Assembly: GCA_002633005.1 (NCBI GenBank)
Contig: NMRA01000292.1
Coordinates: forward strand, 271,328-335,327
Reading direction: 5' to 3'
DNA length: 64,000 nucleotides
Source: Phoronis australis
Taxonomy: Eukaryota; Animalia; Phoronida
The notes below the pieces were generated by a model that saw only the letters and a program-made list of their open reading frames with translations, made no database searches and was not told where the DNA came from. This document shows, piece after piece, positions 56,801 to 64,000 of the stretch. The position numbers were made by a program, and so were the translations under genes. Each line of letters starts with the position of its first letter. Position 1 is the stretch's first letter.

Positions 56801-58694
56801 CATTTTTATTACCAATTTTAGCACCCTTGATATTGAAGTAATTTCTACAGATGACAGACGCGATATCCGCACAAAATTGCAAAATGGTGAAAGTGGATCA
56901 CCTTAACGTCAACCTCGGCTTATAAGAAATTATTCAAAAGTGAATCCGTGTTGAATGACACTAAGACGAGCGTATTATTAAACAGACGGGCACCATTGAA
57001 TTTGACAGTGTCAAACGATAAAACTTTGTAAATGAAATCCCAGAAGACAGAATCAAAAGCTTTTTCAAAGTCTAGCAACACAATAGGAGCTAGAATGTTT
57101 TGGCTGTGGGTGTAACAGATAAATGGCTATGGTGTTTCACATATGAAACCTATTTGAATGACTCTTTTGATACCGCGACCAATACAACCTGATAATGTTT
57201 TGTAAGATGTATCGAGCAAACACATTGGTTTCCAACTACCTAAACATTCTCTGGATTTATGCTCCCCTTAGAAATGATAACAGTGACATCCTGGATTTCA
57301 CTGGCCGTAGGGACCCTAGTCGAAATGCATAATGAAACGACCTTTTCAGAAACACCAATCGATTACACCCCCAAAAAAGAGTTCCACTAAGGAAATATCA
57401 GGATATGGCGTTTGCAATTTTTCAAAAAACATGAGAAGACTGTCAAGTCTCTGTGTTTGTCAGTTGTGTAACGTGACCTTGTGTTGTAAGAAAGGCGTCA
57501 AGATCATCATCTTTCAAATGGTCGTCTTTGGAAGAATGTTGATTTTTGTAGAATTTGTTCATTTCAACTAGAAGATCAATTTGCAATCATCCGTAGTACT
57601 GATTTTCGGTAAAGAGTCCATGACCAGAAATCGCCCATGGGCGCATTTTCGAAAATGAAGGAAGAAAGTTCGGCCTTGACGCTTTGTCGGGAACGACAAA
57701 TGACAAGTGGTATTTAGATGGCATTCCCTTAAAGTGTTAGTCATTCCCTTTTTCATTTTATAGTCCTTAAAAGGAATGTTTTGTGCACGAGATGTCCATT
57801 TTAGGTTAAATGACGCTTAATTTGTTAGATGGCCTGCAAACATCCAAAAAAATAACCCCTGCCAGTGTTTTTGCGTTTCCCAGGCACCACGCAAGATGCA
57901 ATTTTGCTTCGTTCCAGTTTTTACCGATTTCAAGGTTTATGACAGCAGAGAAACTATCAACAACATTGTTTAGTTCAATTTTACAATGTAGGGTTTGTTC
58001 AACAGAAGGTTGCCATTACCTTTGAAATGGTGGTAGTGTCGATCTACTATGTAACACTTTTGTCTCTTGAAAACATGTTTGATGGTCAGAAATGCCCGGT
58101 AATATACTAAAATTAGATTAATGGCACACAAAAACATTCAGCTAAGCCCACCCGTGCACAAAAGATAGCCGTTTAAACTTATAAGTGAAGGTTAGGCGCT
58201 AAGCACTTGGATAAAAAACTTTGAAAAAAACACATTTTCGGACATAGCCGTTTTGGCCTAAATAAGCCAATAAACGGTATAAGTATTAGGTAGTGTCTTC
58301 AAGTATTTTCTGAGTCTAATTCACTATTGAAATTTGCATTAGGTCTTCTGCTTTTGTGACTTTTACTATTTAAGTCTTTAAGTCTAGTCGCGCTGTAATA
58401 GTTTTTGCATGCATTGAACCTCCATCGACGCTGTTGGCATTAATACCGTGTTTCGTTTAATAAAGAACTAACTTCAATGAAATTTGAGGCTTTTTCGTCA
58501 GTGTCAACCACCGTTAACTGCACACGACTAACAGGCAGCTTATTACGGTGACGTAACGGACAGGTGCTGTGAGGCGGAAGTTAACTCTCATCGAGTGTTT
58601 CTAAACAAAAACAAAAACAAAATGCTTTACACTTACGTGACTGAACTTTGAGAAAGCAGGACACCAAAATCAAAAGCTTGCAGACAATTGTCAT
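39901..58694 (-). CDS. Secreted multidomain scavenger receptor cysteine-rich protein (DMBT1-like: 7 SRCR, CUB, 2 PAN, fibrinogen-like, EGF-like, PAN), gene span
   Basis: 16 GT-AG exons with consistent phases: 58694-58637, 55080-54953, 54263-54065, 53519-53334, 52534-52376, 51259-51144, 50877-50649, 50056-49410, 48582-48438, 48068-47924, 47058-46871, 45783-45373, 44560-44472, 44018-42891, 41572-41317, 40169-39901. Total 4353 nt, ~1450 aa. Confidence 0.85.
42122..42377 (+). mobile_element. MITE family 'CATGCGCGCACCCAG' copy in SRCR gene intron
   Basis: catgcacgcaccgag ... ctgagtgcgcgcacg; colinear with 28494-28737. Confidence 0.8.
42891..44018 (-). CDS. Large exon: CUB C-terminus, 2 PAN/Apple, fibrinogen-C N-terminal-like segment
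   Basis: CQQDFV..VNFKSDDTSENRGFVA; C...C..WYCREIYY..CYL; ECKAEC..CVSVSY..CIL; RSCVELKH..ESGWYLI..IYCDL. Confidence 0.9.
44472..45783 (-). CDS. SRCR domain 7 and CUB N-terminus (exons 45783-45373 and 44560-44472)
   Basis: YRLNGG..GTVCHNYW..ALCHEFG..HCGYRHDRDAGVFC; C..GIIKTS|..NYLPNSDCSWRI. Confidence 0.87.
44799..44975. repeat. Imperfect (GCA/CAG)n microsatellite, intronic
   Basis: Direct reading; lies between exons 45373 and 44560. Confidence 0.95.
46871..48068 (-). CDS. SRCR domain 6 (exons 48068-47924 and 47058-46871)
   Basis: GTICSNGFDDIDAQVVCREAG|Y..WMNNLRCNGSEPGILNC..DAAVFC. Confidence 0.85.
48438..50056 (-). CDS. SRCR domains 4-5 (exons 50056-49410 and 48582-48438)
   Basis: GMICDPDWTTEDALVTC..CTGSETNLLDC..AYVEC; VRIMDG..WGTVS..VVCRQL..CEGTENSLT|DC..DVGVVC. 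Confidence 0.9.
50649..51259 (-). CDS. SRCR domain 3 (exons 51259-51144 and 50877-50649)
   Basis: QICDEGWDDDDAK|VACKSMGF..FQCDGTETSLWDC..AGALC. Confidence 0.85.
51356..51850. mobile_element. TTAA-flanked non-autonomous DNA element (Kolobok-like)
   Basis: ttaa|ggttatctagga ... tcttgtacacc|ttaa; weak TIR, AT-rich interior. Confidence 0.45.
52000..52350. repeat. Polypyrimidine/polypurine low-complexity tract (CCTC/CCTG-rich)
   Basis: Direct reading; intronic. Confidence 0.9.
52376..53519 (-). CDS. SRCR domain 2 (exons 53519-53334 and 52534-52376)
   Basis: IRL..GLVEIAINGVWGTVC..VVCKQLGY|..PIWLYNSKCSGSESSLFDC..VMC. Confidence 0.88.
54065..55080 (-). CDS. SRCR domain 1 (exons 55080-54953 and 54263-54065)
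   Basis: IRLA..GRVEV..WGTVS..W..NDALV|VCKQLG..CGGSEANLGSC..AAVIC. Confidence 0.85.
55700..57900 (-). mobile_element. Decayed L1/Tx1-clade non-LTR retrotransposon ORF2 (reverse transcriptase) in intron 1 of the SRCR gene
   Basis: Minus-strand fragments SWKPMCLLDTSYKTLSGCI (~57235-57180), IVLLDFEKAFDSVFWDFIYKVL (~57085-57020), SRG*R*GDPLSP (~56920-56885) and NIKG..ADD (~56830-56790). Many stops and deletions; boundaries approximate. Confidence 0.8.
58637..58694 (-). CDS. SRCR gene exon 1, signal peptide
   Basis: MTIVCKLLILVSCFLKVQS; donor gtaag; phase 1 matches the next exon. Confidence 0.7.
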
Positions 58695-60705
58695 AGTGCT
58701 GTTAGGAAATCTGTCTGCCTGTTAGTGAATGTCTTCATGGATTGAAAATCGGTATCTGTTTTCTTACGTGCGGCAAAAACAGAGCGAGAAATTATCGATG
58801 ACGCTTAATGCATGTACATGTACATGTACGCAATCAATGTCTTACAGGAATTTATGCCGAACAACGCCCAAAAAAACAATTTAGCGCATTATTCAATACA
58901 AGGTGCAGGATTTTTTGTCTCGTGACGTTTTGAAAGACAAGAATTTTGTAATGTACTGCTACTTGGAATAGGGTAAAGGAGATCTTGAAAAAAACACCAT
59001 TTACATACTTGCGAGCGACAATAACCGACAGTCTCCACCTGTTTGGCGTAAGCTAAATAACTTCTTTAGTTCATTTCAAGTATTTTATGCGGGTTCACAG
59101 AAATTGTCCACCTGTCATTCAAAAGAAGGTCTTACTACTTTTTATCATACCAAACCGCGCCAGACACCACATACCATTGAGTTGTCCATTTGATTTCAAT
59201 TTGCTAAGTCTAAAAATTGTTTATAATTGACAAAACGTCACAACTGTAACGGAAAGTGGGCCATTGTATTCTGTCGATTCAGACTATGCTCTAGGTGACC
59301 TAGAACGTATATCAAGCACACTGTTTATGATATAAATAAATATGTCAATAGTACTTTATTTTTTTTCTTCATTGTGTAATTAATTGATTTACTGTGCTAT
59401 CGATCGAAGTGACATAAGTGATCTGCATCTCATTCGATTACTGTTACTGAACGATTTTATCGATTAATATGCCTCCTAATGAATATTCTGTTGAGTTTTT
59501 GTGGTTAGAGATTTGCCACTTATTTGCCACCCAACCCTCTGATACAGCGACAGCTATACTGAAAAGTGGTCCTGTGGACACATGATGAACGACACACGGA
59601 ATTCAGTGTGTGGGCATCAATGCGCATGCCTTGGCCGGAAATATACCGATCACATCGCCACCTCTTGCACACGCCTTTATGCACTGTACTTGTTGGGTTT
59701 AAGCCACTGGATCGGGGTTGCCTTGATTTTGTTTACTTCGATCACTCCCCGTTTTAATAAAATGCAACTTTTCAAGCCAAAGGTGGTCGCCGTACTAGGT
59801 AACTGTAAACTGAAAGGGTTTCCCAGATTTCAACCAATGGGGATGACTGAACGTTATGACGTTGGTCTCATTACTTTAACCAATGAGAAGCCATGTTAAA
59901 CAACACTCGACAGTGCTCCATTTCGTAGCACTGTATATGCCACCTAGGCTGTAAGTAACTATTTACAAACAGGCCGGAAATTGCAGTTACCTTGAACTTC
60001 ATGGTATGCAGCAGAGTAAACAATTGAAAAAATCCAATACAGGGCTTTTTGTTGATTGTACCTCTTCATACTCAACATTGTTATCTAAAGCAAATTTAGT
60101 CACGCTGTTTTTTTCAGAAGGAAATTACTAGGGACTGAAGTTTTTAGACACATAAACGTTATTGATTCTTGTCAAGGGCAATGTTTCACTATTCGGAGTC
60201 TGTCCGGTAATGTCCCAGGAGAATACAGCATCTTATGAACCAAACTCCATCAAACAACAGGATTTTTACTTTGGAATCAAGTTAGGTGTTGTACTGACAT
60301 AGAGACTTTAGTTTGTATAATGTCAATTTTTTAAACAATAACGTTCCTGTCAGAGTTGCTCTTCATGCATAATTATTTTTTGATAAATGAAGTAAGATGT
60401 CATCTTCATTGTGCATGTCTGCGGCATCATGGTTATCAGTGTTATCGGTGACTAGCACTTGTGCTAATGTTGTTTTCTTGTTATATTTGTTTGTATCTAA
60501 TTAAAATAAATTTGTACTAACTTATTTACTTAATTATGCTGCATTAAAAACAATATTGCCTAAGACTTGTAAAATATCCTCTAAATCCAAAGTCGGACTG
60601 TCTTAACAGCAATGTCAACTTCGTAATAGGTCTTTTCAAATCTGACGACCTGAAAACCTAACGAAGACAACTCGAGCTAGATCATGGTGGCCCACGTAGA
60701 CTTTG

Positions 60706-61442
60706 TCCAATGCCCTTGTCTGACGCCTTTGTCAACAACTAGCATTACATTACCAGTAACATGCTCATCTTTCGCATCGACTTACGACGAGGTGACAATT
60801 TGTGGATATACTGCATCCAACGCTTCCAAAACCCATTTATCGTAGAGTTCCTTAGCTCACGACGCTTTCTCAGATTCCCAACGTAGTCATAACAAGGAAT
60901 CTGGGTCTGGGTAATCCATCTCTCCCAAAAGGGTAATGACTGAGAGTGACAGGTTTCTCATCCAGAGGTGATTAGGACATCTTAGTTAGCGATTGGTTTT
61001 TCAATAACCTCGAGATCTAGCAAAATAAAACCTCCCTTTCGACAAAAGTGAAATAGTCTGCTTTGGTCNTCTGCGGGTTTCCAATGCCCTTGTCTGACGC
61101 CTTTGTCAACAACTAGCATTACATTACCAGTAACATGCTCATCTTTCGCATCGACTTACGACGAGGTGACAATTTGTGGATACACTGCATCCAACGCTTC
61201 CAAAACCCATTTATCGTAGAGTTCCTTAGCTCACGACGCTTTCTCAGATTCCCAACGTAGTCATAACAAGGAATCTGGGTCTGGGTAATCCATGTCTCCC
61301 AAAAGGGTAATGACTGAGAGTGACAGGTTTCTCATCCAGAGGCGATTAGGACATCTTAGTTAGCGATTGGTTTTTCAATAACCTCGAGATCTAGCAAAAT
61401 AAAACCTCCCTTTCGACAAAAGTGAAATAGTCTGCTTTGGTC
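60706..61442. repeat. ~363-bp direct duplication across an N (probable assembly or haplotype artefact)
   Basis: 60706-61068 vs 61080-61442 differ at 3 positions I could see; N at 61069. Confidence 0.9.
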
Positions 61443-61479
61443 CTGTGTCTCAGCGAATTCTTACTTCTATGTTTCACAG

Positions 61480-62735
61480 GGAATGTGCATTAAAAAGTTA
61501 AACAGACGTCGCGCTGCCTTTATAAGAGTTAAAGAGACTTTACAGTGGCTTTACGAAATAAAGGGACTTCGTGGTACCGTTAGTAGTTAAAGGGACGTCG
61601 ATGTGCCTTTTGGATTTAAAAGGGTGTCTGTGTGCTTTTTTAAAAGAGACAAATAGACGTTGTGATGCCTTTAAGAGATAAAGGGACGTTACTGTGTCTT
61701 TAAGAGTAAAAAGGACATCACGGTGCTTAAAGAGTTTAATGGACGTCACTTTGCCCTTTTAGAGTTAATGTGACGGTACTGCGACTTAAAGAAATAAAAG
61801 GACGACAGATTTAAAGGGACGCCTTGGTTTACGTTAAGTCGCTGTGTCTTTCATAGTTAAGGGGACGTCTCTGTGATTTCAAAGGTAAAAGGGACGTTGA
61901 TGTGCCTTTAATATTGAATGGGACGGAATGTACCTGAACAGTTAATTGGACGTCACTGTGCCTTTAAGAGTTAAATGGACACCATTCTCGGGGTTAGAGG
62001 GGCGTCGTGGAGCCTTAAGAGTTAATCGGACGTCGATGTGCTTTTAAAAGTAAATAGGACGTCTTTAAGAGTTAAGGGAAAGTCGCTGTGCCTTTAAGAT
62101 GTACAGGGACGGCAATGTGAGTGAAAGGGACATCGCTGTGCCTTTCAGTTTTAAAGGGTCGGCGCTGAATACATCAGAGTTAATGGAACGTTTAAGGGTA
62201 CCTTTGAGACGTCTCTGCGCCTTTAATATTTTAAGAGACGACACAGTGCCTTTGAGAAATAAAGGGATGTCGCTATGCCTTTAAGAATTAGAGGGACAGC
62301 TCTATACCTTTCAGAGTTAAAGAGACGTCGCTGAACACTTAAGAGTTAAATGGACATTGTTGCACCTTTAAGAGTTAAGGGAACGTTGTGGTGCCTTTAA
62401 GATGTAAAGGGACGGCAGGGTGCATTAAAGAATGAAAGAAACACCGCTTTACCTTCCAGATTTACCGGAACAGCACTATTCCTTTCAGATTTAAAGGGAC
62501 GTCACTGTGCTTTGGTGAGTTAAATGGACATCAACGTGCATTAGGATTTCATGGTACGTCTGGAGCCTTTAAGAGCTAAAGGCACGAAACTGCGCCTTTA
62601 AGTATTAATGTAGTGGGACGTGGCAGTGATTTGAATGAGTGCCACTGTGTCTTTCAGAGATAAAGAGACGCCGTCCCCCGTATTAAGGCAATGTTGCAGT
62701 GCCTTTAAGAGTTAAAGAACGCCGTGCTACCTTTG
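61480..62735. repeat. ~29-bp minisatellite, about 40 diverged copies
   Basis: Consensus approximately aaagggacgtcgctgtgcctttaagagtt. Confidence 0.92.
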
Positions 62736-64000
62736 ACACTGCTTTTCAGCACAAATAATGTCACTATATGAACCCATTATAATTTCGTTCGTACGTCGCT
62801 CAATCCTGAATTCCGTGAGTACTGAATAAAAAGTTGTGATCAACTGATTTGATGTGTTTATTAGATAACGCACATGTACACTTGCAATTAAGTATTCAAA
62901 TGATACATCAATAATTAAATAGCTAAGTGAATGAAGACATTCATGTTACCAGGGCATCACCAAAAAGTTAAATTTTATTCCAACGGTGGTTCATACAAAG
63001 TTATAATATATAATACAAGGAATGCATAATATATAATATAATGTAATATAATATAACATAATAAACCATACAACGCTACATGTAATACGGAATCAGCTGT
63101 TCCGAGGGAACATAGGTATCGTGAATTGTTTTTAGTGGTAAGATCAAACATTAGGAAATACCAGTTTCTCTGTTATTGAAAGACTTAGAAAATGCACATT
63201 ACAAGAATCTTTAAGGCCATATCAGATGCACGCAGTACTGAGATCCAATGAAACCGTGATTTAAAATCTCGTGGCGAAATATATTTTTGGCAAGTGAAAC
63301 ATTTGCTGCGTTTAAAAAGTTTTGGATTCGATGACTGATGTGGATACTAGGTTGTAGTCAAACATTGCTACTTCTAGCGTCATATAAATGACGAGGCTTG
63401 AAAGCAGAGATGTTACATGTGTTATCATTATTATGAACAATTTCAGTTGACTTACTTTGTTCTCAATTTTACGTCAATCGACAGACTGAAAACGATGAAA
63501 AGTGATACGATAGCAAGGGTGCAAACCCAGTAATAGCTGCCATTGTTTCGTGACAATCTCTTATTCTCATGAATCAGCGACCCCACGTGTAATACTGTAT
63601 CTATGATATGCGTTGCCTTAACAACTAAGAAGGCATGTACGTCCTACAGCATAAAACAAGTTCAATAACTTGTTGATCGAACCCAGATACAAAGTCATGT
63701 GGTAGAACATTCTTAAAAAAACCCTTTTAGCTGTGTATAAAGCGAGAACTGTTGGGTATGACGTTCGCTTCTGAGGATGGCACCTGCATTAGAAAGCTTG
63801 ATGCCAACTTACACAAACGTTAGGTGCGTATACATATTCTTTATATTTTGCTCGAGCTCGACGTCATGATGCCCACTGTCGTAAGTCAATGCCGCGTTCA
63901 AAGGCATGATGGAAAATAAAGTACTTAATAGTCTTTGCAAACAAATACCATTTGAGATGTAATCTCATACAGAGCTTTTGAATACGCGTATTTTAAGTTA

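Noticed and set aside
60706-61442. 363-bp direct repeat as an LTR pair or a real tandem duplication
   Set aside because: The copies abut an N and differ at only ~3 sites, which is typical of overlapping haplotype contig ends.
61480-62735. CRISPR-like array
   Set aside because: Head-to-tail degenerate units without unique spacers, no cas genes, eukaryotic context.

Overview
AT-rich animal genomic DNA with spliceosomal introns, probably from a marine invertebrate; the taxon cannot be fixed from sequence alone. Three host genes can be reconstructed by eye. (1) A PQ-loop transporter SLC66A2/PQLC1 (+, 17044-26699), with a candidate 78-nt cassette exon. (2) A PC-esterase/SGNH type II membrane protein whose CDS is intronless (-, 33108-34340). 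(3) A 16-exon, ~1450-aa secreted mosaic protein (-, 58694-39901): signal peptide, 7 SRCR, CUB, 2 PAN/Apple, a fibrinogen-like segment, EGF-like and PAN. The most unusual locus is 9.1-13.4 kb (-): an intact 649-codon ORF resembling the C-terminal part of a Mutator/MULE transposase (E-motif, SWIM, 2 C2H2, PHD), directly downstream of an intron-containing SGNH esterase of the LINE-ORF1 type. Also present: a Helentron-associated (HINE-like) element carrying an array of CTCF-like motifs, a 75-bp palindromic insertion with an 8-bp TSD that breaks a putative first exon, several MITE families, a decayed L1/Tx1 RT, a possible BTB-BACK pseudogene, mini- and microsatellites, and two duplications next to N gaps that are probably assembly artefacts. 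All calls come from manual reading; no database searches were run.
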